A stretch of 32,000 nucleotides of DNA from Wigglesworthia glossinidia endosymbiont of Glossina brevipalpis (GTDB lineage Bacteria; Pseudomonadota; Gammaproteobacteria; Enterobacterales; Enterobacteriaceae), in NCBI GenBank assembly GCA_000008885.1, contig BA000021.3:330001-362000 (forward strand), in the 5' to 3' direction. Each line of letters starts with the position of its first letter. Position 1 is the stretch's first letter. Both the position numbers and the translations under genes were made by a program. Shown here in pieces: positions 18,688 to 27,967 of the stretch. The notes beneath the pieces were generated by a model. It saw only the letters and a list, made by a program, of their open reading frames with translations, was not told where the DNA came from and did no database searches.

Positions 18688-18954
18688 TTGGCTAATATAA
18701 AATCTTCTAAAAAAAGATCAATTCAATCAGAAAAAAAACGCAAATATAATTCTAGCAAAAAATCTATGATAAGAAGTTTTATTAAAAAAGTAAAAAATTC
18801 TATCTTAAAAAAAGAAAAAGACACAATAAATAATTCATTTATAGAGATGCAATCTATTTTAGACAGATATGCAAAAAAAAATTTAATACACAAAAATAAA
18901 GCATCTAGGCTTAAGTCAAGATTATCAAAAAAAATTAAATTTATTTTTAAATAA
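18688..18954 (+). CDS. rpsT: 30S ribosomal protein S20
   Basis: The 88-aa basic ORF reads (M)ANIKSSKKRS.QSEKKR..N.S..S..R. It has a TTG start at 18688 preceded by AGGAGG at 18677-18682. E. coli rpsT also initiates at UUG. It is divergent from ribF, as in E. coli. Confidence 0.92.
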   Translation: MANIKSSKKRSIQSEKKRKYNSSKKSMIRSFIKKVKNSILKKEKDTINNSFIEMQSILDRYAKKNLIHKNKASRLKSRLSKKIKFIFK

Positions 18955-18973
18955 AATTTTATTTTATTATTAA

Positions 18974-20164
18974 TTAATTTTTTAATTTAATTTTTTTATA
19001 TAAAAAATATAAAAACAAAAATCCAATTACGCTAGATACTATAGATGAAATTAATATACTAAATTTTGCAATATATATAATTTTTTCATTAATATTTTGA
19101 AAAGCTAAATTAGAAATAAAAATAGACATAGTAAACCCTATGCCGCATAAAAATGAAATTCCTGCAATTTCTTTAAAAGAAATTCCAACTGGTAATTTAG
19201 ACAATTTAAATTTTACTGATAAATAAGAAAATAGAAATACTCCAATAGGCTTTCCAAGAACTAATCCAAAAAAAATGCCAAAAGGCAAAAGTGAAGAGGA
19301 AAGATTTTCAAAATTGGAAAAATTAATTCCAGAATTAAAAAAAGCAAAAATAGGTAAAATAAAATATTTGTTTAAAAAACTTAAACTCTTCTTAAGAAAA
19401 GCCATCGATTTTTCATATTTACTACTGGATAAATAAGAAGAGTGAGGCATCAATATTCCTAATATAACTCCAGATATAGTAGAATGTATTCCTGATAGGA
19501 ATATTGATTCCCATAATAATATTCCAAAAATAATATATATATATATACAAGTTACTCTTAAATAATTAATTGATAATATTGTTAATATAACTAATGTAGA
19601 TAACAATATCATATATTGATCAATATGATTGCTATAGAAAAACGCAATAATTAATATTGCTCCTATATCATCAAAAATAGCTAAAGAAAGAAGGAAAATT
19701 AGCAAACTGTGAGGAATAGAATGTCCTAAAATTTTTAAAACGCCAACGGCAAAAGCTATATCAGTAGCTACTGTAATTGCCCATCCTGAAGAGATAGAGC
19801 TATCTTCTTTCGTTATAAAATTATATATTAATGCAGGGAAAATCATTCCTCCTATTGCAGCTATTCCTGGCAAAATTGCTCTAGATTTATTTTTTAACGA
19901 TCCTACTAACATCTCGTGCTTGATCTCAATACCTATTTCTAGAAAAAAAAATGTCATCAAAATATCATTAACAATGTTAGTTAATGAAAAATTTTTATCG
20001 TGCGTATTAATTTTAATTAAAGGATAATTTATGATGTAATTATATGTTTTCCAGAAATTTGTATTACTTATAAATATAGCTAAAAAACAAAATAAAATTA
20101 ATAATAATCCACTAAAAGTTGGATTTTTAAAAAATTTTGATTTACAAATAAAAAATTTTTTCAT
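18974..20164 (-). CDS. nhaA: Na+/H+ antiporter NhaA
   Basis: The 396-aa polytopic membrane ORF has NhaA hallmarks: FFFL.IG.E.K.E...G.L, PA..A.GGM..PA.IY, GW.I..ATDIAFA.GV and the FDD.GAI.IIA.FY twin-Asp motif. It sits between dnaJ and rpsT, as in E. coli. Confidence 0.9.
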   Translation of the reverse strand: MKKFFICKSKFFKNPTFSGLLLILFCFLAIFISNTNFWKTYNYIINYPLIKINTHDKNFSLTNIVNDILMTFFFLEIGIEIKHEMLVGSLKNKSRAILPGIAAIGGMIFPALIYNFITKEDSSISSGWAITVATDIAFAVGVLKILGHSIPHSLLIFLLSLAIFDDIGAILIIAFFYSNHIDQYMILLSTLVILTILSINYLRVTCIYIYIIFGILLWESIFLSGIHSTISGVILGILMPHSSYLSSSKYEKSMAFLKKSLSFLNKYFILPIFAFFNSGINFSNFENLSSSLLPFGIFFGLVLGKPIGVFLFSYLSVKFKLSKLPVGISFKEIAGISFLCGIGFTMSIFISNLAFQNINEKIIYIAKFSILISSIVSSVIGFLFLYFLYKKIKLKN

Positions 20165-20224
20165 AAAAATTAATAATCACCTTTAATAACATTTAATTAA
20201 AAATTGCAACTTTAAATATAATAA

Positions 20225-21349
20225 TTAATTAGTTAATCCATCAAAAAATTTCTTTACGCCATCAAAAAAACTTTTAGATCTAGGGCTATTATACATACCA
20301 GTGCGTCCAACAAAACTTATTCCTAATTCTTTTAATAAAGATTTTTGCTTTTCGCTTAATCTAACAGGAGTTTCTACAACTACTCTACATAATAAATCTC
20401 CTTGATGCCCGCTACGTATCGATTTTACTCCTTTCCCTCTCATTCTAAATAACCTTCCAGTTTGTGTTTCTGCTGGAATTCTCAATTTTACCCTTCCGTC
20501 TAAAGCAGGTACTTCAATATCTCCTCCTAATGCTGCCATTGCAAAATTTATAGGAACTTCACAATATAAATTGTGTTCTTCTCTCTTAAATATAGGGTGT
20601 TCTTTTACAGATATTTTTACGTATAGATCTCCAGAAGAACCTCCTAATTTACCAGCTTCCCCTTCTCCTGATAATCTAATTTTATCACCATTATCTACTC
20701 CTGCAGGTATTCTGATAGAAATGTTCTTTGATCTTTCTACTCTACCTTGTCCAGAACAATTCCTACATGGAAATCTAATAATTTTACATTTACCTCTACA
20801 AGATGGGCAAGTTTGTTGAACTGAAAAAAATCCTTGCCTCATTTGTATTTGACCTTGACCATTGCAAGTAGAGCAATTTTGAGCACTAGTTCCAGGCTGC
20901 ATTCCTTTTCCAGAACATATATTGCATCTTTCTAATTTTGGTATTGTTATTTCTTTTGAAATTCCTTTAACAGCCTCTTCTAGGGATAAATTTATATTAT
21001 ATTGTAAATCTGATCCACGGTTGCTTCTTTTTCTTCTATTATTTCCAAAAATATCTCCAAAAACATCTCCAAAAATATCACTAAAATCAGCATTTGATGT
21101 AAATTCTGTATTAGAACTTCCTTGATCAAAGGCCGTGTGTCCGTATTGATTATACGCTGCTCTTTTTTTGGGATCCAACAAAACTTCATATGCTTCTTTG
21201 ATTTCTTTAAATTTTGATTCTGCTTCTAAATTTCCTGGGTTTCTATCTGGATGAAATTTAACTGCTAATCTTTTATATGCAGTTTTTATTTCGCGATCAC
21301 TTGCATTTTTAGAAATTCCTAAAATATCATAATAATCTGATTTCGCCAT
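20225..21349 (-). CDS. dnaJ: Molecular chaperone DnaJ
   Basis: The 374-aa ORF has a J domain (DYY.ILG......REIK.AYKRLA.K.HPDRN) and a G/F region ([15 protein letters not shown]). It has four CxxCxGxG-type zinc-finger repeats and the conserved C-terminal domains. Confidence 0.97.
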
Positions 21350-21423
21350 TTTTTTCTCTTTAGCATAAAAACTATTTTAATAAAATATTTTATTAAATTT
21401 TAATTTAAAACATAAAAAATTTA

Positions 21424-23349
21424 TTAATTTTTTTTATCTTTAATTTCCTCAAATTCTGCATCTACTACGTCATCATTGGTTTTATTGTTATTTTCTTTTT
21501 TATTTGTTTTTATGATATCTTCTTTGTTTAAATTTTCTTTATTTTTTGAAAAATCAACAAGACAGCTAGAAATTTGAATAAGAGATTGAATTTTTATTTC
21601 AATGTCTTTTTTGTCTTCTCCTTTTATTGATAATTCTAATTCATTAATGCATTTTTCTATTTCTGTCTTTTTTTCTAATGGTAAATTTTTTGCTTCTTTT
21701 ATTTGTTTACGAGTACTATGTAATAAATGATCGGCTTGATTTTTTGTCTTTACTAATTCTTCAAATTTAATGTCAAGTTCTGCATTAGCTTCAGATTCTT
21801 TTAACATTTTATCTATTTCGTTTTCGCTTAATCCAGAAGAAGCTTTTATTGTAATTTTTTGCTCTCTACCACTATTTTTATCTTTAGCAGAAACATGTAA
21901 AATTCCATCTGCATCAATGTCAAATGTTACTTCTATTTGAGGCATACCACGCATAGCTGGAGCTATTCCATCTAAATTAAACTGCCCAAGAGATTTATTA
22001 TCTATTGATCTTTTTCTTTCCCCTTGCAGTACATGAATAGTAACTGCAGATTGATTGTCTTCTGCTGTAGAAAATATTTGACTATGTTTAGTTGGTATGG
22101 TTGTATTTTTTGATATCAATGTAGTCATAACTCCTCCCATTGTTTCAATTCCTAAAGATAAAGGAGTCACGTCTAATAACAATACATCTTTTACGTCACC
22201 AGCTAGTACTCCGCCTTGTACTGCTGCTCCTATTGCTACTGCTTCATCTGGATTAACATCTTTTCTAGGCTCTTTTCCAAAGAAATCTGAAACTTTTTTT
22301 TGAACTAACGGCATTCTTGTTTGTCCACCAACTAATATAACATCTTTAATATCTATAATTTTTAACTTAGCATCTTTAAGAGATGTTTTTACTGGCTCTA
22401 ATGTTTTATAAATCAATTCTTCTACCAAAGATTCTAATTTAGCTCGTGTTACTTTTATATTCATATGTTTTGGGCCAGAAGAATCAGCAGTAATATATGG
22501 AAGATTTACATCTGTCTGATGAACAGAAGATAATTCTATTTTAGCTTTTTCTGAAGATTCTTTTAATCTTTGCATAGCTAGAGGATCATTTCTTAAATCA
22601 ATTCCTTGTTCTTTTTTGAACTCATTTACTAAATAATTAATCAACCTACTATCAAAATCTTCTCCTCCTAAATGTGTATCTCCATTTGTGGATAATACTT
22701 CAAAAGTTTTTTCCCCGTCTACGTCATCGATTTCAATTATAGAAATATCGAAAGTTCCACCTCCTAGGTCATATACAGCGATAATTCTATTTCCTGTTTT
22801 TTTATCTAATCCATAAGCTAAAGCTGCTGCTGTAGGTTCATTTATAATTCTTTTTACATCTAACCCTGCGATCTTTCCTGCATCTTTAGTAGCTTGTCTT
22901 TGAGTATCATTAAAATATGCAGGAACTGTGATTACAGCTTCTGTAATGGATTTTCCTATATAATCTTCTGCTGTTTTTTTCATTTTTTTTAAAATTTCTG
23001 CAGATATTTGAGGTGGTGCTACTTTTTGGTTTTTTACGTTTAACCAAACATCTCCATTTTCAGAAGAAACTATTTTATATGGCATTATATTTACATCTCT
23101 TTGTACTTCATGATCTGTAAATTTTCTTCCTATTAATCTTTTAATTGCAAAAAAAGTATTTTTTGGATTAGTAACAGATTGACGTTTAGCTGGTTGTCCA
23201 ACTAAAATTTCGTTTTCTTCTGTATATGCTATAATCGATGGAGTAGTACGATCTCCTTCACTATTTTCAATTACTTTTACTTTTCCATTTTCAATAATTG
23301 CTACGCAAGAATTTGTGGTTCCTAAATCAATACCAATAATATTTCCCAT
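21424..23349 (-). CDS. dnaK: Molecular chaperone DnaK (Hsp70)
   Basis: This is an Hsp70 along its full length ([14 protein letters not shown]..., [19 protein letters not shown]-terminal [14 protein letters not shown]). The ORF track starts at 23361 (MEILM...). Homology (E. coli MGKIIGIDLG) and a GGAG Shine-Dalgarno at 23356-23359 favour the ATG at 23349. Confidence 0.97.
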   Translation of the reverse strand: MGNIIGIDLGTTNSCVAIIENGKVKVIENSEGDRTTPSIIAYTEENEILVGQPAKRQSVTNPKNTFFAIKRLIGRKFTDHEVQRDVNIMPYKIVSSENGDVWLNVKNQKVAPPQISAEILKKMKKTAEDYIGKSITEAVITVPAYFNDTQRQATKDAGKIAGLDVKRIINEPTAAALAYGLDKKTGNRIIAVYDLGGGTFDISIIEIDDVDGEKTFEVLSTNGDTHLGGEDFDSRLINYLVNEFKKEQGIDLRNDPLAMQRLKESSEKAKIELSSVHQTDVNLPYITADSSGPKHMNIKVTRAKLESLVEELIYKTLEPVKTSLKDAKLKIIDIKDVILVGGQTRMPLVQKKVSDFFGKEPRKDVNPDEAVAIGAAVQGGVLAGDVKDVLLLDVTPLSLGIETMGGVMTTLISKNTTIPTKHSQIFSTAEDNQSAVTIHVLQGERKRSIDNKSLGQFNLDGIAPAMRGMPQIEVTFDIDADGILHVSAKDKNSGREQKITIKASSGLSENEIDKMLKESEANAELDIKFEELVKTKNQADHLLHSTRKQIKEAKNLPLEKKTEIEKCINELELSIKGEDKKDIEIKIQSLIQISSCLVDFSKNKENLNKEDIIKTNKKENNNKTNDDVVDAEFEEIKDKKN

Positions 23350-23392
23350 TAAAATCTCCATTAAAATATATTTTATTGTAATCGTGAATTTG

Positions 23393-23420
23393 ATATGAGA
23401 CTGAAAATTAAGTTTTCAAG
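23393..23420 (-). promoter_or_regulatory. Candidate sigma-32 (heat-shock) promoter of dnaK-dnaJ
   Basis: The minus strand reads CTTGAAA (23420-23414), a 13-nt spacer, then TCTCATAT (23400-23393). The E. coli sigma-32 consensus is CTTGAAA, 13-14 nt, CCCCATnT. It lies about 45 nt upstream of the dnaK ATG. This rests on a motif match only. Confidence 0.4.
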
Positions 23421-24407
23421 TTTTAATTTATATTTTAAACAGATAAAAATTTTTTATTACAGTTAAACAACTATTTAATTTAATAAAATGTATTATATAA
23501 AGTTTTATTTACTTAAAATATTTTTGTTTTTTTAAATTTAATATATTAATTTATATGTAAATTTTGTTAAAATATTTTATATAAATTAATGTTTAATTTT
23601 ATTAAATAAATTAATGATTTTCTTAAATAATTTTTATTTAAAAATAAAAATATTTTAATTTTATTTTATTGTACATAAATCATATATTATTTTATATTTT
23701 TATTTTAAATTTTATGTAAATATTTTTAATTTAATGAATTAACAAAAATTTATAACGATTAAAATTAATTATTAAAAATTAAAATATAATTCATTTTAAA
23801 TAATGTATTTGCTATTTTTTAGATAAAATCACTACAAATTTTTTTAAAAAAATTATTATTAATAAATTTTTATATTTTAATAATACGATTAAATAATTAT
23901 ATAAAAATAATTTTAAAAAAACTAAAGTTAAATATATATTAATTATTTCATATTATTTTATTAATATAATTTATTTAAATATATCTTTAACCATTTAAAA
24001 TAATATTTTGAAATAAAAAGTTAAATAAAAAAATTAAATTTAATTTAATTAATTTTTATAATTAAAATGTTGAATTTAATAATCATTTTAATTATTTAAG
24101 GTATTTTATGAAAATATTTATTTTTTTATCAACGAGTTATATTATAAATTATTTTTAAAATAAAATAAATTAAAAATTTTTATAATTATTTCATTAAAAA
24201 CAGCTTTTTATATAAAAAATATATTAATTAAGATTAAATTTTAATTTAATAAAATTAAAAACAAATTTTTTTAAAAAATTTGTTAAAAATATTTATATAA
24301 AATACATATTTTTAGTAAATTTAATATTATGCATTTAAAACAATTTTTCAAAAAAATTATACATTTGATTTATACTAATTTTCTTAATTTTTAAAAAAGG
24401 TAAGAAA

Positions 24408-24941
24408 ATGGTAAAAAAACATAAATTTTATACAAAAGAAGATCTTTTATGTTCTTCTAGAGGTGAATTATTTGGAAAATATGGACCTCAGCTTCCTGCG
24501 CCTAACATGCTTATGATCGATCGTCTTGTAAAAGTCACAGAAAATGGAGGCAACTATAATAAAGGCTTTATTAAAGCAGAATTAGATATAAATCCAAATA
24601 TGTGGTTTTTTAGTTGTCATTTTATAGGAGATCCAGTTATGCCTGGGTGTTTAGGCTTAGACGCTATGTGGCAATTAGTTGGATTTTATTTAGGATGGCT
24701 TGGAGGAAAGGGCAAAGGAAGAGCTTTAGGAGTTCGTGAGGTAAAATTTTCTGGTCAAATATTACCTACATCTAAAATAGTAGTTTACTATATACATTTT
24801 CGTAGAATAATTAATAGAAAATTATTTATGGGAATGGCAGATGGTGAAGTATTTTGCGACGGGAAAATAATTTATACTGCTAATGATTTAAAGGTTGGAT
24901 TATTCCAAGATATAACTTCTTTTAAAAAGGATTTCAAATAA
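24408..24941 (+). CDS. fabA: 3-hydroxydecanoyl-ACP dehydratase / trans-2-decenoyl-ACP isomerase
   Basis: The 177-aa ORF is nearly identical in blocks to E. coli FabA: [78 protein letters not shown] and DLKVGLFQD. Confidence 0.95.
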   Translation: MVKKHKFYTKEDLLCSSRGELFGKYGPQLPAPNMLMIDRLVKVTENGGNYNKGFIKAELDINPNMWFFSCHFIGDPVMPGCLGLDAMWQLVGFYLGWLGGKGKGRALGVREVKFSGQILPTSKIVVYYIHFRRIINRKLFMGMADGEVFCDGKIIYTANDLKVGLFQDITSFKKDFK

Positions 24942-25633
24942 TACTTATTATTTTTTATAAATACATTTATATTATTATTATAATATATATTATAATAAAA
25001 ATTTTAAAATAATTATTACTAATATAATACTAATGATTATCTGATATAAATATTTTTAATTAAAATTAATTTTTTTAATTAAAAAATTAAATTACAAATA
25101 ATATTTTTAGTTTTGATTAAATTAATTTGTTAATAATTAATATATTTAAAATAAAATAGTTTTTATTTTAAATAATATTAAAAAAATAATTGAATTTTTG
25201 TTTATGATAACGAAAAATTTTTGTTATATTAAATTTTTTAATATATTGAATCTCTATAATTTTTCTGAATAATTTAAAAGATATTTCTAATTGTAACAGT
25301 AACAAAAATTTTTCTATTATATTAGTTTACATAGTTCTTTATTGTTTTCTTAAATATTTATATACAAGTTAGGATGCTATAGTAATTTACAATGTTGCAG
25401 TGATACATTCATCCTTAAAATACAAATATATTATTTTTATAATAGAAATTTTTTTATAAAAAATTATAAACTATATTATTTTAAATATATATTATATATA
25501 TAAAAATTTTTATAATTTGTTCTTTTGTATATTTTTAATTAACAAATTAATAATTTTTATTAAAATATTTCTAAAATAAAAAATGATTATTGATAATTGT
25601 AAATTACAATATAAATGTAAAAATGAAAGTTTT

Positions 25634-26188
25634 TTAATAAAAAGAAGACTCACTATGTATATGATCTGTAATATCTATCACGCCTTTTATATTTGGAAAA
25701 TTTTTTTTTATTTCTTTTTCAATTCCTTCTTTTAAAGTGACTTTTGCCATAGAACAACCGTTACATCCTCCAAAGAACTTTAAAATAACAAACATATTTT
25801 CTTTTATATCAATTAACTCAACAAATCCACCATGATATTCTAATTTAGAATTTATTTTATATTTTATGAAATTAGATATCCTATTTTTTAAATTTTCTCT
25901 TTTTTTAAAAATTTTTATTATAATTTCATCTTTTAAAGATTTACTTTCAATGTCTATTTTTATTTTTTTTATATAAATAAATATATTTTTTTTAACATAT
26001 ACTTTAAAATCAATAAAATTAAATTTAGTATAATTAAAATTCTCTTCTTTTTTATCAAAGTATTTAATTTGACATGTTAAATTTTCTTTGTCTTTATTTT
26101 CTATAGACAATTTGATATTAGTTCCTTTTTTTTTCTTAGAAAGTAATTTAGAAAGGTAATGTTTTGCAGATTTGCTTATTATAATCAT
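25634..26188 (-). CDS. nfuA: Fe-S cluster biogenesis/carrier protein NfuA
   Basis: The C-terminal Nfu domain reads HGG.V.L......... L.F.GGCNGCSM..VTLKEGIEK.....FP..KGV.D.T.H, as in E. coli NfuA. The N-terminus MIIISKSAKHYLSKLL aligns with E. coli MIRISDAAQAHFAKLL. I therefore place the start at 26188, giving 184 aa, not at the ORF-track start 26257. Confidence 0.88.
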   Translation of the reverse strand: MIIISKSAKHYLSKLLSKKKKGTNIKLSIENKDKENLTCQIKYFDKKEENFNYTKFNFIDFKVYVKKNIFIYIKKIKIDIESKSLKDEIIIKIFKKRENLKNRISNFIKYKINSKLEYHGGFVELIDIKENMFVILKFFGGCNGCSMAKVTLKEGIEKEIKKNFPNIKGVIDITDHIHSESSFY

Positions 26189-26279
26189 ATTTTTATAAAA
26201 AATTATTTTTTTTAATTTAAAATATATAAAATTAATAATAATATACTTATTAAACAAAATACAATTGTTTTATAAAAAA

Positions 26280-26353
26280 TCGGCGAGAGAGGATTTGAAC
26301 CTCCGACCCACTGGTCCCAAACCAGTTGCGCTACCAAGCTGCGCTACTCGCCG
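26280..26353 (-). tRNA. proM: tRNA-Pro (anticodon UGG)
   Basis: The reverse complement is CGGCGAGTAGCGCAGCTTGGTAGCGCAACTGGTTTGGGACCAGTGGGTCGGAGGTTCAAATCCTCTCTCGCCGA. This is almost identical to E. coli tRNA-Pro(UGG). It folds as a cloverleaf with a 7-bp acceptor stem and anticodon loop TTTGGGA. CCA is not encoded. Confidence 0.93.
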
Positions 26354-26427
26354 AAAAATAAATATTTAAAAATTAATTTTATTTATTTATAAATAAAAAT
26401 TAATTTTTTGTTTCAAAAATATATTTG

Positions 26428-26501
26428 GGTGATTGATGGGATTCGAACCCACGACAACTGGAACCACAATCCAGGGCTCTTCCAACTGAGCTACAATCAC
26501 C
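26428..26501 (-). tRNA. hisR: tRNA-His (anticodon GUG)
   Basis: The reverse complement is GGTGATTGTAGCTCAGTTGGAAGAGCCCTGGATTGTGGTTCCAGTTGTCGTGGGTTCGAATCCCATCAATCACCC. It has the His-specific extra 5' G(-1) paired to C73 and the anticodon loop TTGTGGT. It is close to E. coli hisR. CCA is not fully encoded. Confidence 0.93.
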
Positions 26502-26509
26502 ATTGTTCA

Positions 26510-26584
26510 AACGCCCGACAGGACTTGAACCTGAAACCTTTGCTTCCGGAAAACAACGCTCTATCCATATTGAGCTACGGGCGT
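26510..26584 (-). tRNA. argX: tRNA-Arg (anticodon CCG)
   Basis: The reverse complement is ACGCCCGTAGCTCAATATGGATAGAGCGTTGTTTTCCGGAAGCAAAGGTTTCAGGTTCAAGTCCTGTCGGGCGTT. The 7-bp acceptor stem is ACGCCCG/CGGGCGT and the anticodon loop is TTCCGGA. It resembles E. coli argX and is the first gene of the argX-hisR-(leuT)-proM cluster. Confidence 0.9.
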
Positions 26585-26799
26585 ATAAATATTTTTATTT
26601 TATTTCGTATTTCTAATATAAATTGATTTTTTAATGCAAAAATAAACAATATAAAAATATTTAAATATTATAAATTCATTTTTTAAAATGAAATAAATTT
26701 TATCACATAAAATATAAATTTACATTAATTTATTTTTAATAAATAAATTTATATTAAAATAAATAAAATTATTAATATTTAATATATATTAAAATATAA

Positions 26800-27948
26800 T
26801 TAAGAATATTTATCTATGAAATTATAAATATTACTTATAATATATTTTTGGTCTTTATTTTTTAAATTAAAAAATAATGGAAGACGAACAAGATTATTAC
26901 TTGTTTTAATAGTATTTATATCATTTCCATGAAATTTTCCAAATTTTTTTCCTGCTGGACTAATGTGCAAAGGAACATAGTGTCTTAAAGTTGTAATTTT
27001 ATTATTTTTCATGTATTCAATAAACAAATTACAAGTTTTTTTATCATTAAAAATTAAATAAAATGTATTTGCATTATGCTTGCAATTTTTGTTGAAAAAC
27101 GGTATCCTGAACAATTTTATATTTTCTAAAGACAAAAAATAATTTTTCCACAACATTTCTCTTTTTTTTTGAATCTTTTCTGATATTTTTAACTGAGACC
27201 ATAAATATGCTGCTTGAATATCTGATATAGTATAACTAGATCCTATGTCTTTCCAAACATATTTATTTGTTTTTCCTTTAATAAAAAGGGAACGATTTGT
27301 TCCTTTTTCTTTAATTATGCTTGCTCTTTTGATTAAAGACTCATCATTTATAAGAATTGCTCCTCCCTCTCCTCCAGAGGTATAATTTTTTGTTTCATGA
27401 AAACTAAAACATCCTATATGACCTAAGCTTCCTAAATATAAATTTTTATATTTAGACATCATACTTTGAGCACTATCTTCTATTAGCCATAATTTATACT
27501 TATTAGAAATATTTTTTATAAAATCCATTTCACAAGAAATTCCAGCATAGTGCATAACTACTATTGCTTTTGTCTTTTTTGTGATTGCAGATTCAATTAA
27601 ATTTTCATTAATATTTAAATTATCCGATCTAATGTCAACGAATACTATTTTTGCTCCACGTAATACAAAAGGATTAGCAGTTGACACAAAAGTATAACTT
27701 GGCATGATAATTTCGTCGTCTTTATTTATTTTTAATAATAAAGCAGCCATTTCTAAAGAGGAAGTACAAGAAGGTGTCAAAAAAACTTTTTTAATATTTA
27801 ATTTATTTTCTATCCATAACGTGCATAAATTTGAAAAATACCCTTCTCCTGAAAAGGTTTTATTTCTTATTGCAAAATCTATATATTTTAATTCTTTTCC
27901 TGAATAAACAGGTAAATTAAAAGGAATAATTTTATTTTTTTTTTTCAT
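26800..27948 (-). CDS. wecE: dTDP-4-amino-4,6-dideoxygalactose transaminase (DegT/DnrJ/EryC1 family, WecE/RffA type)
   Basis: The 382-aa ORF is colinear with E. coli WecE: IPFN.P, LTPSCT.SLEMAALLL, IMPSYTFVSTAN.FVLRGAKIVFVD, HIGCFSFHETKNYT.GGEGG (PLP Lys), EKGTNRS.F, DIGSSY..SD.QAAYLW.QL and RLPLF.NL. The ATG is followed by an in-frame A11 run. Confidence 0.85.
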   Translation of the reverse strand: MKKKNKIIPFNLPVYSGKELKYIDFAIRNKTFSGEGYFSNLCTLWIENKLNIKKVFLTPSCTSSLEMAALLLKINKDDEIIMPSYTFVSTANPFVLRGAKIVFVDIRSDNLNINENLIESAITKKTKAIVVMHYAGISCEMDFIKNISNKYKLWLIEDSAQSMMSKYKNLYLGSLGHIGCFSFHETKNYTSGGEGGAILINDESLIKRASIIKEKGTNRSLFIKGKTNKYVWKDIGSSYTISDIQAAYLWSQLKISEKIQKKREMLWKNYFLSLENIKLFRIPFFNKNCKHNANTFYLIFNDKKTCNLFIEYMKNNKITTLRHYVPLHISPAGKKFGKFHGNDINTIKTSNNLVRLPLFFNLKNKDQKYIISNIYNFIDKYS

Positions 27949-27967
27949 AAATTTTAAAATAATTTAA

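Noticed and set aside
20571-21189. Three short ORFs (82 aa +, 67 aa +, 65 aa -) within the dnaJ region
   Set aside because: They are alternative or antisense frames of dnaJ. The dnaJ frame is unambiguous, with a J domain, G/F region and zinc fingers.
22097-22303. 68-aa ORF on the plus strand
   Set aside because: It is antisense inside dnaK.
24261-24283. Palindrome ACAAATTTTTT-T-AAAAAATTTGT upstream of fabA as a FadR/FabR operator
   Set aside because: It does not resemble the FadR (ANCTGGTCCGACCTGTT-like) or FabR sites I recall. A/T-only palindromes with 10-13-bp arms occur several times in these spacers, as expected by chance. Those regulators are also commonly lost in reduced genomes.
23362-24407. 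Idea that the 1-kb A/T spacer is a classical DnaA-dependent oriC
   Set aside because: I found no DnaA-box 9-mers (TTATCCACA/TGTGGATAA) or GATC clusters in it. The only TGGATAA core in a spacer is a single copy at about 29953 in the trxA-pgk spacer. The region is kept only as a low-confidence, skew-testable note in the findings.
26189-26257. 23-codon N-terminal extension of the nfuA ORF (MFNKYIIINFIYFKLKKIIFYKN...); likewise the 4-codon extension of dnaK (23350-23361)
   Set aside because: Homologues start at the internal Met (MIIISKS... matching E. coli MIRISDA..., and [10 protein letters not shown] matching MGKIIGIDLG). For dnaK a GGAG Shine-Dalgarno lies inside the extension.
26408-26626. 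72-aa ORF on the plus strand
   Set aside because: It is an artefact. It runs antisense straight through the tRNA-His and tRNA-Arg genes, and the G/C-rich tRNA sequence keeps a frame open.
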